Below are positions 18,673 to 28,200 of a DNA stretch of 64,000 nt, piece after piece. The translations under genes were made by a program, and so were the position numbers. Under the pieces are notes generated by a model that was not told the DNA's origin, made no database searches, and saw only the letters and a list, made by a program, of their open reading frames with translations. Source of the DNA: an uncultured Chitinophaga sp. (GTDB taxonomy: Bacteria; Bacteroidota; Bacteroidia; Bacteroidales; GCA-2748055); the NCBI GenBank assembly GCA_964349045.1, contig CAYGFI010000001.1, positions 17,213 through 81,212 on the forward strand, in the 5' to 3' direction. Numbering within the stretch: position 1 is the first letter of the stretch; every line of letters starts with the position of its first letter.

Positions 18673-21147
18673 ATGTCAAATCGAAGAGAATTTATAAAAC
18701 AGGCTGCGGCAGCAGGAATGCTTGCCAGTATCCCGGAAGTTTTATTATCATCTGACTTTAAATCATTCAGCAATAATTACGATGCTCTCAAATCGAAGGA
18801 TGACACGACCGGAAAATCCAACAACATAGCTCCCCGGAAAAATGTTGGGGCTGTAATTGGCAGAGATTATTCCGGACGCCCGGTACTTGTCGTTGATGGC
18901 AAACCGGTTGCTATGATTGCCGGGCGTTTTGAGAGAAGGTATGATTCGGAACCAACCACAGCATCTTTGGATGCTTTCAGAAATGCCGGTTTACCACTGG
19001 TATTTGTCCCTGCTAACCTTGGCTTTTTCAACTCCAGATACCAAATTGACAATAACCTTCATGGAATTCCCACAAAAAACGGGAGTGAATTCTGGTGCGG
19101 ACCCGGAGACTACGACAGATCGCTCGTGGACAAGGCTCTGTCCCTTCCCTGTAAAGCTTACCCTGATGCAAAGATCATTGTCTGGCTTCTGATAGGGGAA
19201 TATCCCGAATTCGGGATCATGCATCCCGATGAAAGGATCCGGAACGATAAAGGTGAATCACTGATCGTTTCCACTCATTTCCTGCGATTTGATTCCATTG
19301 CACCAAGGGAAGCAAAGGAACATTACGCGATATCTTTCTTTTCGGAGCGATACAGGCAGGAATGCAAGGAAATGATTGCTGAATTCATAAAGACTGTGGA
19401 GTCAAGTCCATATGGCAATAATGTAGTGGGTTACCTCATCGGCGGCGGTCAAGATGCGCAGTTTTATGCATGGTCTCCACCGGACTGGAGTTTGCAGGAT
19501 ACGCCTAACAACTGGGGGGATTATTCCCTGCCTGCCAAAAAAGCTTTTACAAAATGGTTAGAAAAGAAATATGGGAGTATTGCTGCTTTGAATACGTCAT
19601 GGATGAGTGAACTCATATCCTTCGAACAGGTAACACCGCCGCCAGCTTCAGATCTGGCAGGAGAACAACCGTTTCATGATCCTGTAAAGGATCGTAAAGC
19701 TTATGATTGGAAGAGATTTCTTGCAGAGGGAAGGGCAGAATTTCTCGGGTATTTTGCTGAATTCATTAAAAAGAGTGCAAGTACAAATGTCATGGTTGGT
19801 GTTTCGGGGGGTGATGGCGGACACCGTCGTGATAACACATCTATCTCACAACTCCTCCGTTCTCCCTATATTGACTTTTTCTTACATCAGGCTACCTACG
19901 GTGTCAGAATTCCACCTTCCGTTGGTGGAATAAATGCTCTTTTGGATTCTTACACCGCAAACGGCAAATTATTTTTAACTGATATGGACCACAGGTTCTG
20001 GACTGGTGCAAAAATCGGGGACTGGAAGGAGGGGGTGATTTCAATTTCTGCCAGTGCGATGGGACAGGCGTCTGATATGTCCATGCAACGGGATATGTGG
20101 AGACGCGAGTTCTCCCGGCTCTGGGTCTCAGGGAACAATGGTGCATGGTTCAGCAACATGGGGCCTTCAGCACAATATGATAACATTGAAATCCAGAATG
20201 AACTGAGGCTGATTAATGATTTCTCAAATAGCCTGGTGAAGAGCCGCTGTGATACATCCCTTTCAATACAAAACCCGGTAAATTCCTGCGAAGTCGTCTT
20301 TGTTTTCGACGAGGCATCAGTGGATTATGCCAGAAAAGACCTTGGAGAATTCCACCAGGCAGGAATGCACCGCCAGTGGGCTGAAACAGGTGCTTCAGGC
20401 GTTCCGATCCGTTTTTATTATGCACAGGATCTCCGGGATGGCATTATCCCCCAGGCAAAACTCTATGTCCTTCAAAACCTGCTTGATATAGATGAAACTA
20501 TGGCCCGCAGGATCAAAGAGCTTCGAAAATCAGGGGCAACGATAATTCTGTTGCAGGGAACAGGAATGGTTCAGCTGGCTGGGGGCCGGTATAAACTATT
20601 GGATGATGCCTTGGGCATCAGGCTTCGCCCTGTGAACACAGCTGCCGGAAAAAATGACACAGGTAAATCCGGAATAATTGATACAATTCATCCGCTTCTG
20701 ACCGGTGACAGATGGAATCCCCGGATAACATCTTTTTCGAGTGAGCAGCTGAAGGAAGTTGATGGCTTATCCCTGACAGTTCAGGACAAGAAAGCTTCTT
20801 TTCTGGGCAGATATGAAATCTCAAAACTGCCCGCAATAGTTACAAAGAATCAGAAAAAGGGGGGAAGTGTGATTTTCATCGGAGCCTACACGCTTTCAAG
20901 AGACATGATCAGTCGGCTGGCTTCTTACGCCGGTGCATGGAGAGTGGCACCTCCTGGTAATGTTATTGCAGCCGACAGTCAGATCATGATGATCCATCCG
21001 CTCAGGGATGGCATAATCGAATTGGTACCAAAAGTTCCTTCCGCCTTGAGGCAAATGCCCCCGGGCGACATCTTCTCACCCAAAGCGGACATTCACAAAC
21101 TGGATCTTAAAGCAGGCACAACATATATGTTTAACGCGATAAAATGA
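18673..21147 (+). CDS. Tat-exported GH42-like (beta-galactosidase-like TIM barrel plus middle and C-terminal domains) protein, copy A
   Basis: Tat motif SNRREFIKQAAAAGMLA. YPEFGIMHPDERIRNDKGE and LPAKKAFTKWLEKKYGSIAALNTSW resemble GH42 N-domain stretches. CEVVFVFDEASVDYA resembles the GH42 middle domain. It is full-length homologous to the 25672-28137 product. Confidence 0.6.
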   Translation: MSNRREFIKQAAAAGMLASIPEVLLSSDFKSFSNNYDALKSKDDTTGKSNNIAPRKNVGAVIGRDYSGRPVLVVDGKPVAMIAGRFERRYDSEPTTASLDAFRNAGLPLVFVPANLGFFNSRYQIDNNLHGIPTKNGSEFWCGPGDYDRSLVDKALSLPCKAYPDAKIIVWLLIGEYPEFGIMHPDERIRNDKGESLIVSTHFLRFDSIAPREAKEHYAISFFSERYRQECKEMIAEFIKTVESSPYGNNVVGYLIGGGQDAQFYAWSPPDWSLQDTPNNWGDYSLPAKKAFTKWLEKKYGSIAALNTSWMSELISFEQVTPPPASDLAGEQPFHDPVKDRKAYDWKRFLAEGRAEFLGYFAEFIKKSASTNVMVGVSGGDGGHRRDNTSISQLLRSPYIDFFLHQATYGVRIPPSVGGINALLDSYTANGKLFLTDMDHRFWTGAKIGDWKEGVISISASAMGQASDMSMQRDMWRREFSRLWVSGNNGAWFSNMGPSAQYDNIEIQNELRLINDFSNSLVKSRCDTSLSIQNPVNSCEVVFVFDEASVDYARKDLGEFHQAGMHRQWAETGASGVPIRFYYAQDLRDGIIPQAKLYVLQNLLDIDETMARRIKELRKSGATIILLQGTGMVQLAGGRYKLLDDALGIRLRPVNTAAGKNDTGKSGIIDTIHPLLTGDRWNPRITSFSSEQLKEVDGLSLTVQDKKASFLGRYEISKLPAIVTKNQKKGGSVIFIGAYTLSRDMISRLASYAGAWRVAPPGNVIAADSQIMMIHPLRDGIIELVPKVPSALRQMPPGDIFSPKADIHKLDLKAGTTYMFNAIK

Positions 21148-21153
21148 GGTCTT

Positions 21154-23313
21154 ATGAAGCAAAAGAAAATCAATCGCCGGAAGTTTATCAGGACAACCGG
21201 GATATTGGGTGGCATGGCTGCCTTTACCCATTTTAGTATTTACGGAAGAGAGTCCGTGAAAAGTACAGGTAAGGAATTTTTTATCCATGTATCGCCAAAT
21301 GGCCAGGATCGCTGGAAGGGTCGTCTGGCTGATCCGGACAGGAAGGGAGAGGAGGGTCCTGTTCTGAGCCTGGAGCGTGCCCGTGATCTGGCACACGCGG
21401 CCCGGCTGGCTGAACCTGACAGGCCGGTGACCGTATTGCTGCATCCGGGGGTTTATCGCCGGAGCGGACCAATTATTCTGGATGCCGCCGATAGCGGTAC
21501 AGCAGGGGCGCCTGTAACCTGGCGTGCTGCAAAGGATTCTGTTCCTGTTATCACAGGATTGAAGCCGCTGCCTTCATCCTGGGTTTCAAATGGCGACGGG
21601 TCATGGAAGATGTTAATGAAAGATGTTTCAGGTATTCCGGAAACTTTTCGTCAGCTTTTCTGCAATGGTCTGCGTCTTTCACGGACGCGCTGGCCGGCAG
21701 AGGGATATCATACGGTTTATAGTTTTGCCGGGGAAAGCGAACAGGAGAAAAAGCAAAGTTTTCGCTACCTGGAAGGAGATGTGAAACGCTGGTCTAATTT
21801 TGAGGATGTTGAATTTGTCATTTTTCACAGCTGGAGTGAATCACGTTTGTTCCCGAAAGAGCTGGACGAGAAAGAACGGCGGATAACATTTACCCAGCAG
21901 GCGGCTTATCCGTTCGATTTTCAAGGTTGGAATTCTTACTACCTGGAGAATGTCAGGGAGGCTCTGACCGGGCCGGGGCAATGGTATCATGACAGAAACG
22001 AGGGCGTTTTGTATATGCGTCCCCCTGCCGGGGTCTCTGATCCGAACAAGGCTGAATTTGCTGTACCGGTTGCTGATGCCCTGCTGGAACTTCGTGGTTC
22101 TGAAAGTGATCCTGTCCGTCATATTCAATTTGAGGGGATTCATTTCACCGGTACCCGCTGGCAGATGTCACCAACCGGCTATGCCAACGGAGGTGGCTCC
22201 ACAGGTCCTCATGTACGCCCTGCAGCAATTACTTTTGAGCATGCTGAAGATTGTATTTTGCATAAGTGTTTGCTGGAGGCATCAGCTGGTTATTTCGTTG
22301 AATTAAACCAATGTCTTCGTTGCCGGGTATTACGCACAACCATTCGTGAGGCTGGCAGCGGCGGAATTATTTTTTCCAATGGAGCAGACAACGAGGTGGC
22401 CGATTGTCACATTCACCATTGCGGCCGTCTTTATTTCGGCGGCACGGGGGTGGTCAATCCCACCGGTTTACGCACCCACATTCATCACAACCATATCCAT
22501 GATATGCCTTACTGTGGTATACGTGGCGGTGATTGGCGTATTGAGTTGAATGAAATCTTTGAATACAACCATATTCATCATGTAATGCTTGTTCTCGATG
22601 ATGGGGCAGGTATTTTTAATGCCGGCATTGGCAGTATCTTCCGCAACAATCTGGTTCATGACTGTGTCGGCGGGCGACACAAATTTGCACTGGGGCTTTA
22701 TCTGGATCATTACCGCACCGGTGTGCTGATGGAGAATAATGTGGTTTACAACACGGGCAGGGAATTATTGCATCTGCACGACAATTATGGAAACACTTTT
22801 GTAAATAATATTTTTGCCTTCGGTGGTGCGGCTCAGTTAAGCTGGACAAGATTTCACGGCACAACTTTTGGCCGGCGTAATGAGCCCTACCGTCATTCTT
22901 TGCAAACTTTTCAACGTAATATTGTTTACTGGCGTGAAGGCTGCCTGTCCCATAATATGGACTGTAACCGATGGGACCTGGCATCGCAACCGGAATTGAT
23001 TGATTATAACATTTACTGGAAGGATGGTAAAAAAGATCTTGAGGTGCCGGGGCTTGGCCGGATTCCGGCAAATGAAGTCCGGTTTGGCCGTGGACATGTT
23101 TCGCAGCCCGGTGTTGGTCATGACACCTTTGCCGACTGGCAGGGGTTGGGATTGGATCGTCATTCACTCAATCAGGATCCTTTGTTTGTGGATCCCGATA
23201 ATGGAGATTTCCGTCTGCGTGAGGATTCCCCGGCTTTCGCCCTTGGTATTAAGCCGATCGATTTGAGCGGGGTGGGTATCCGTGTGCCGGATGCATCTGA
23301 CAGGAAAGAATAA
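21154..23313 (+). CDS. Tat-exported right-handed beta-helix protein, tandem copy B
   Basis: Tat motif INRRKFIRTTGILGGMAAF. It has the same beta-helix motif set as 3214-5259 (CHIHHCG, HNHIHDMPYCGIRGGDW, YNHIHHVM, RNNLVHD, NNIFAFG, DPLFVDPDNGDFRL). GC-rich (39/60 in line 21301-21360). It starts 6 nt after the stop of copy A. Confidence 0.8.
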   Translation: MKQKKINRRKFIRTTGILGGMAAFTHFSIYGRESVKSTGKEFFIHVSPNGQDRWKGRLADPDRKGEEGPVLSLERARDLAHAARLAEPDRPVTVLLHPGVYRRSGPIILDAADSGTAGAPVTWRAAKDSVPVITGLKPLPSSWVSNGDGSWKMLMKDVSGIPETFRQLFCNGLRLSRTRWPAEGYHTVYSFAGESEQEKKQSFRYLEGDVKRWSNFEDVEFVIFHSWSESRLFPKELDEKERRITFTQQAAYPFDFQGWNSYYLENVREALTGPGQWYHDRNEGVLYMRPPAGVSDPNKAEFAVPVADALLELRGSESDPVRHIQFEGIHFTGTRWQMSPTGYANGGGSTGPHVRPAAITFEHAEDCILHKCLLEASAGYFVELNQCLRCRVLRTTIREAGSGGIIFSNGADNEVADCHIHHCGRLYFGGTGVVNPTGLRTHIHHNHIHDMPYCGIRGGDWRIELNEIFEYNHIHHVMLVLDDGAGIFNAGIGSIFRNNLVHDCVGGRHKFALGLYLDHYRTGVLMENNVVYNTGRELLHLHDNYGNTFVNNIFAFGGAAQLSWTRFHGTTFGRRNEPYRHSLQTFQRNIVYWREGCLSHNMDCNRWDLASQPELIDYNIYWKDGKKDLEVPGLGRIPANEVRFGRGHVSQPGVGHDTFADWQGLGLDRHSLNQDPLFVDPDNGDFRLREDSPAFALGIKPIDLSGVGIRVPDASDRKE

Positions 23314-23345
23314 ATACAATTCATGCTAATTAAAAAGCTAAACTT

Positions 23346-25484
23346 ATGAACCAAAAGAAATACAATCGCCGGAAGTTTATCAGGACCACCGGTATTTTTG
23401 GTGGCATGGCTGTTTTAACCAATTTTGGTATTTATGGAAGAGAATCCGTAACAAGTACCGGCAAGGAGTTTTTTATCCATGTATCGCCCCAGGGACAGGA
23501 TCGCTGGCAGGGTCGTTTGGCTACTCCGGACAGGCGGGGAGAGGAGGGGCCTGTTATGAGTCTGGAGCGTGCGCGTGATCTGGCGCGCCTGGCCCGGCAG
23601 GCTGAACCAGCAAGGGCTGTGACGGTTTTGCTGCATCCGGGGGTTTATCGCCGGAGCGAACCGCTTATTCTGGATGTCGCCGATAGTGGTACTGCAGGGG
23701 CGCCTGTAGCCTGGCGTGCTGCAAAGGATTCTGTTCCTGTTATCACAGGATTGAAGCCGCTGCCTTCATCCTGGGTTTCCAATGGCGACGGGTCATGGAA
23801 ACTCTTAATGAGTGATGTTTCAGGTTTTCCGGTAACTTTTCGTCAGCTTTTCTGCAATGGCCAGCGCCTCTCCCGGACTCGCTGGCCGGCGCAGGGATAT
23901 AAATCAGTATATAGTTTTGCCGGGGAGAGCGATCAGGAACGGAAGCAAAGTTTTCGATACATGGAAGGAGATGTGAAACGCTGGTCGAATTTTGAGGATG
24001 TTGAATTTGTTATTTTTCACAGCTGGAGTGAATCCCGTTTGTTTCCGAAAGAGCTGGACGAGAAAGAACGGCGGATAACTTTTACCCGTCAGGCGGCTTA
24101 TCCGTTCGATTTTACAGGATGGAATTCTTACTATGTTGAGAATGTCAGGGAAGCTCTGACTGATCCGGGACAGTGGTACCATGACAGAAGTGAAGGTGTT
24201 TTGTATATGCGTCCCCCTGCCGGGGTCTCTGATCCGAACAAGGCTGAATTTTCTGTAGCGGTTGCCGATGGTCTGCTGGAGCTTCGCGGTTCTGAAAGCA
24301 ATCATATCCATCATGTTCAGCTTGAAGGTATTCATTTCACCGGTACCCGCTGGCAGATGGGACCAACCGGTTATGCCAACGGGGGAGGTGCCGGAGGTCC
24401 TCACGTACGCCCTGCGGCAATTACTATTGAGAATGCTGAAGATTGCGTTCTGCATAATTGTTTACTGGAGGCAACAGCGGGTTATTCAGTGGAACTAAGC
24501 CAATGTGATCGTTGCGTGGTCTCTCGCACGACCATCCGTGAGGCCGGCAGTGGTGGTGTCATTCTTTTCGGAGGAGCAGACAACGAGGTGGCGGATTGTC
24601 ACATTCATCATTGCGGCTGTCTTTATTTCGGTGGCACGGGGGTGGTCAATCCCACCGGTTTACGCACCCACATTCATCACAACCATATCCATGATATGCC
24701 TTACTGTGGTATACGTGGCGGTGATTGGCGTATTGAGTTGAATGAAATCTTTGAATACAACCATATTCATCATGTAATGCTTGTTCTCGATGATGGGGCA
24801 GGTATTTTTAATGCCGGCATTGGCAGTATCATCCGCAATAATCTGGTTCATGACTGTGCAGGCGGGCGACACAAATTTGCATTTGGGCTATATCTGGATG
24901 AGTACCGCACCGGTGTGCTGCTTGAAAACAATGTGGTTTACAACGCCGGAAGTGAATTATTACTTTTACATGACAATTACGGGAACACGATTGTCAATAA
25001 TATCTTTGCCTTTGGCGGTAATGCGCAGTTGAGCTGGACTGTATTTCACGGTACTACTTTTGGCAGGCGCATGATGACATATCGCCATCCGCTGCAAACA
25101 TTTCAGCGTAATATCGTTTACTGGCATAAAGGCTGCCTGTCCCACAATCTTGATTGTAACAGGTTGGATCTGGCCTCAAAACCGGAATTGATTGATTATA
25201 ACATTTACTGGAAGGATGGTAAAGAAGATCTTGAAGTACCGGGACTTGGCCGGATTCCGGCAAATGAAGTCCGGTTTGGCCGTGGACATGTTTCGCAGCC
25301 CGGTGTTGGTCATGACACCTTTGCCGACTGGCAGGGGTTGGGATTGGATCGTCATTCACTCAATCAGGATCCAATGTTTGTGGATCCCGATAATGGAGAT
25401 TTCCGTCTGCGTGAGAATTCTCCGGCTTTTGCCCTTGGAATTAAGCCAATCGATGTGAGCGGGGTAGGGCCGCGTAAGATATAG
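23346..25484 (+). CDS. Tat-exported right-handed beta-helix protein, tandem copy B'
   Basis: Tat motif YNRRKFIRTTGIFGGMAVL. Colinear with 21154-23313 at an offset of exactly 2192 nt, and contains stretches of 198 and 128 identical nucleotides. Confidence 0.8.
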   Translation: MNQKKYNRRKFIRTTGIFGGMAVLTNFGIYGRESVTSTGKEFFIHVSPQGQDRWQGRLATPDRRGEEGPVMSLERARDLARLARQAEPARAVTVLLHPGVYRRSEPLILDVADSGTAGAPVAWRAAKDSVPVITGLKPLPSSWVSNGDGSWKLLMSDVSGFPVTFRQLFCNGQRLSRTRWPAQGYKSVYSFAGESDQERKQSFRYMEGDVKRWSNFEDVEFVIFHSWSESRLFPKELDEKERRITFTRQAAYPFDFTGWNSYYVENVREALTDPGQWYHDRSEGVLYMRPPAGVSDPNKAEFSVAVADGLLELRGSESNHIHHVQLEGIHFTGTRWQMGPTGYANGGGAGGPHVRPAAITIENAEDCVLHNCLLEATAGYSVELSQCDRCVVSRTTIREAGSGGVILFGGADNEVADCHIHHCGCLYFGGTGVVNPTGLRTHIHHNHIHDMPYCGIRGGDWRIELNEIFEYNHIHHVMLVLDDGAGIFNAGIGSIIRNNLVHDCAGGRHKFAFGLYLDEYRTGVLLENNVVYNAGSELLLLHDNYGNTIVNNIFAFGGNAQLSWTVFHGTTFGRRMMTYRHPLQTFQRNIVYWHKGCLSHNLDCNRLDLASKPELIDYNIYWKDGKEDLEVPGLGRIPANEVRFGRGHVSQPGVGHDTFADWQGLGLDRHSLNQDPMFVDPDNGDFRLRENSPAFALGIKPIDVSGVGPRKI

Positions 25485-25671
25485 ACTTTGCTACCAATAT
25501 TTTGTCCCTACGGATTTAAATATCGGTAGAATTAAAAAGCAACTCCTATTCAGTAAAGTTCCGTAGGAACGTAATAAATAAAGCAATTCTGGTAAAATCT
25601 TTAATTTTTTTATGGACACCAGTGATACTAATAATAAAACTAAACATCCCTTTAAAATAAATTTTGTTGTG

Positions 25672-28137
25672 ATGAAACAAAAAAATCTCGATCGACGGAT
25701 GTTTATTAAGACCACCGGTATCTATGGCAGCATGGCTATTCTGGCAAATACCGGTATTTCCGGATACTTTGCTGGTTGTAGTAATGAAACACCTACGCAC
25801 GTGAAACCCATCTGGGAGGATCCACCCATAGAAGAGGTTCCTCCGTTGACCGAAGAATTGCTGCAACGCATCAGGAATCAACCTGTTCCGGCAGCTGAAT
25901 TGGTTCAACACTCTAATGGTGCCACTCAGTTGTCAATCAATGGTAATGTAAAACCATTTTTGTTTGGAACGGAGGTTTACTGGACCCCCCGGGAAAATTT
26001 ACAGATTGGTGTGTGGAAGCAAGCTGGTATTGAAATACTTATTATTCCTATGAACCTTGGATTTGCACGTGAACGGCAGGGTAGCAATGTTAACGCCATC
26101 AAGTATCAGAAATCTTTTTGGGATGGAGCAGGTAAATATACTCATCACGAAGAAATTGAAGAAGTTCTCTGGCGCGTTCTTCGTGTGTATCCTGATGCCA
26201 AATTGCTGCTTTGGACCTTTATTCAGGCCTATCCTGAATGGGACCAGGAAAATCCTGATGAAATAATGCGAAATGATAAAGGTGTTCCATTTATTGTAAC
26301 CAGTTATTTCCAGCGTGTAGGAAATGATCCTGATTATTCAAAAGGAGAAACCCGTGCATGGTCATTTTTTTCAGAAAAATTTCGTGCTGATGTCAATGCC
26401 ATGCTCACGGAATTTATAACAACTGTAGAAAATAGCATTCCTGGCCGGTCGGTAATCGGGTATATGCTGGGTGGAGGTGTGGATGCACAATTTTATTTTT
26501 GGCAACCACCTAACCCTATTCGCCAGAAGGATCCTGATTTATGGGGTGATTTCAGCCTTCCTGCCATCAGGGCATGGCGCCGCTGGCTTAAGAAGAAATA
26601 TGTCACGATTGACAAACTGCGTACAAACTGGAACATACCCGTTGTATCGTTTGATAAGGCAGAACCACCCGGAGCAGCTGATTTGATTGGCAGTGATATT
26701 TTTCATGATCCGGGTAAGGAGCAACGCGCCATCGATTGGAAACGATTTATTGCTGAAGGGCGGGTGGATCTGATATGTGATCTGGCACGAACTGTTCGTA
26801 AAGCTTCTACCAGAAAAATTATTGTCGGGTCCTCAGGCGGTGAAAGTGCAAGTCGCAGTGATCTCACTGCAAATGCCTTACTTATCCAGTCACCTGAAAT
26901 TGACTTTCTTTTCCACCAGGCCGGTTATGGTGACCGTTTGCCTCCTTCTGCAGGCGGGATTAATGCGGTCCTTCATTCCCATCAGCTCCATGGTAAACAA
27001 TTTATCAGCGATAACGATCACCGGACCTGGCTTGTCAAGCCCACAGAAGGAGCCACTAAAATTGGCACAGGGGTTTCTTTTACTGATAACACTGTTGGCC
27101 GGGCTTCCGACATTGACCAGTACCGTGCCATGCTGCGTCGTGAACTTGGACGGATCTGGACAGCAGGTCTTGGTGCTCACTTCTTTAATCATTCTGCTCC
27201 CTGGACCTACAACGATGATAAGCTTATTGGAGAACTGACCCAACTCCGGAAGACCGCGGAAACCCTTCTGCCGCCCTCTCCATGGCATCCTGCTGCAGAA
27301 GTAGCTGTTATATACGATGAATGTTCCATTGATTATCTGAAAGGAGGTCTTCAAAATCTTCACAGTGTCTGGGCCAGGCAGCAGCGCACTGAACTGGATT
27401 CCTCCGGTGTTCCTTATTCCAGATATTATACAGCTGATTTACGTGCCGGAAAAATCCCGGAAGCCAGGCTTTACATTTTTGTAAACCAGTTAAACCTCGA
27501 TAATGAACTAATTACCCAGATCAATCGTCTTAAAAAGGAACAGGCTACCCTGGTATTTCTGCAAAGCACCGGTTTTGCCCAGGTAAAAAGTAATTTTTCT
27601 GAAATTACCGATACCCTGGGAATGCAGGTTCTTCACCACATAGAGGCAAGGAAGAAGTCTTCAACAATACCGGTAACTGCTACTCATCCTTTAAGAGCTT
27701 CAGCAGATTCCAACCATCAATCCCTGGATTTGGAATCACAATCTGCACTGGTAATTACGGATCCTGATGCAGAGATTCTTGCGTATTATCCGGAGACCGA
27801 ACTTGCCGGATTTGGTATTAAAAAACACGAAGACTGGTCGGCTGTATTTGTTGGCACACACTTATTGAATCGTCAGACCATTCATGCACTGGCAGAGTTT
27901 ACAGGTGCTTACCGTCTTTCTTCGTCAGGTTACGGCGTGGCTGCTGATGATAACCTATTGATGATTCATCCCCTGCAATCTGGTTCTGTTACCGTCATCA
28001 TGCCTCACCCTGCTGCTTTACGGGAAGTACCTCCTGGTTCGATTAATACGGATTTTTCTTCTCAACATAAGCTCAGGCTTAAGGCAGGGACAACCTATCT
28101 TTTCAGGCTGGAGAAGAAAGGCGGGCAAACTTCCTGA
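25672..28137 (+). CDS. Tat-exported GH42-like protein, copy A'
   Basis: ORF 25612-28137. The ATG at 25672 gives MKQKNLDRRMFIKTTGIYGSMAILA (Tat motif). Colinear with 18673-21147 (YPEWDQENPDEIMRNDKG, LPAIRAWRRWLKKKYVTIDKLRTNW, AEVAVIYDECSIDYL). Confidence 0.6.
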   Translation: MKQKNLDRRMFIKTTGIYGSMAILANTGISGYFAGCSNETPTHVKPIWEDPPIEEVPPLTEELLQRIRNQPVPAAELVQHSNGATQLSINGNVKPFLFGTEVYWTPRENLQIGVWKQAGIEILIIPMNLGFARERQGSNVNAIKYQKSFWDGAGKYTHHEEIEEVLWRVLRVYPDAKLLLWTFIQAYPEWDQENPDEIMRNDKGVPFIVTSYFQRVGNDPDYSKGETRAWSFFSEKFRADVNAMLTEFITTVENSIPGRSVIGYMLGGGVDAQFYFWQPPNPIRQKDPDLWGDFSLPAIRAWRRWLKKKYVTIDKLRTNWNIPVVSFDKAEPPGAADLIGSDIFHDPGKEQRAIDWKRFIAEGRVDLICDLARTVRKASTRKIIVGSSGGESASRSDLTANALLIQSPEIDFLFHQAGYGDRLPPSAGGINAVLHSHQLHGKQFISDNDHRTWLVKPTEGATKIGTGVSFTDNTVGRASDIDQYRAMLRRELGRIWTAGLGAHFFNHSAPWTYNDDKLIGELTQLRKTAETLLPPSPWHPAAEVAVIYDECSIDYLKGGLQNLHSVWARQQRTELDSSGVPYSRYYTADLRAGKIPEARLYIFVNQLNLDNELITQINRLKKEQATLVFLQSTGFAQVKSNFSEITDTLGMQVLHHIEARKKSSTIPVTATHPLRASADSNHQSLDLESQSALVITDPDAEILAYYPETELAGFGIKKHEDWSAVFVGTHLLNRQTIHALAEFTGAYRLSSSGYGVAADDNLLMIHPLQSGSVTVIMPHPAALREVPPGSINTDFSSQHKLRLKAGTTYLFRLEKKGGQTS

Positions 28138-28200
28138 GAAGCAAAACATGCCAGCGGGCTATTCATTTTCCATAATGATTTCCACTGATATGGTGTTGAT

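Larger units (their letters stand above)
21154..25484. repeat. Tandem gene duplication, period 2192 bp (beta-helix genes B and B')
   Basis: Both start codons (21154 and 23346) and the internal identical blocks (22441-22638 = 24633-24830; 23053-23180 = 25245-25372) are offset by exactly 2192 nt. Confidence 0.9.

Noticed and set aside
21076-25359. Minus-strand ORFs inside the GC-rich tandem genes (for example 21076-21444, 22616-23167, 23904-24455, 25054-25359)
   Set aside because: They are antisense to well-supported, paralog-conserved plus-strand genes. Their sequences are compositionally biased and duplicated only because the sense genes are duplicated.
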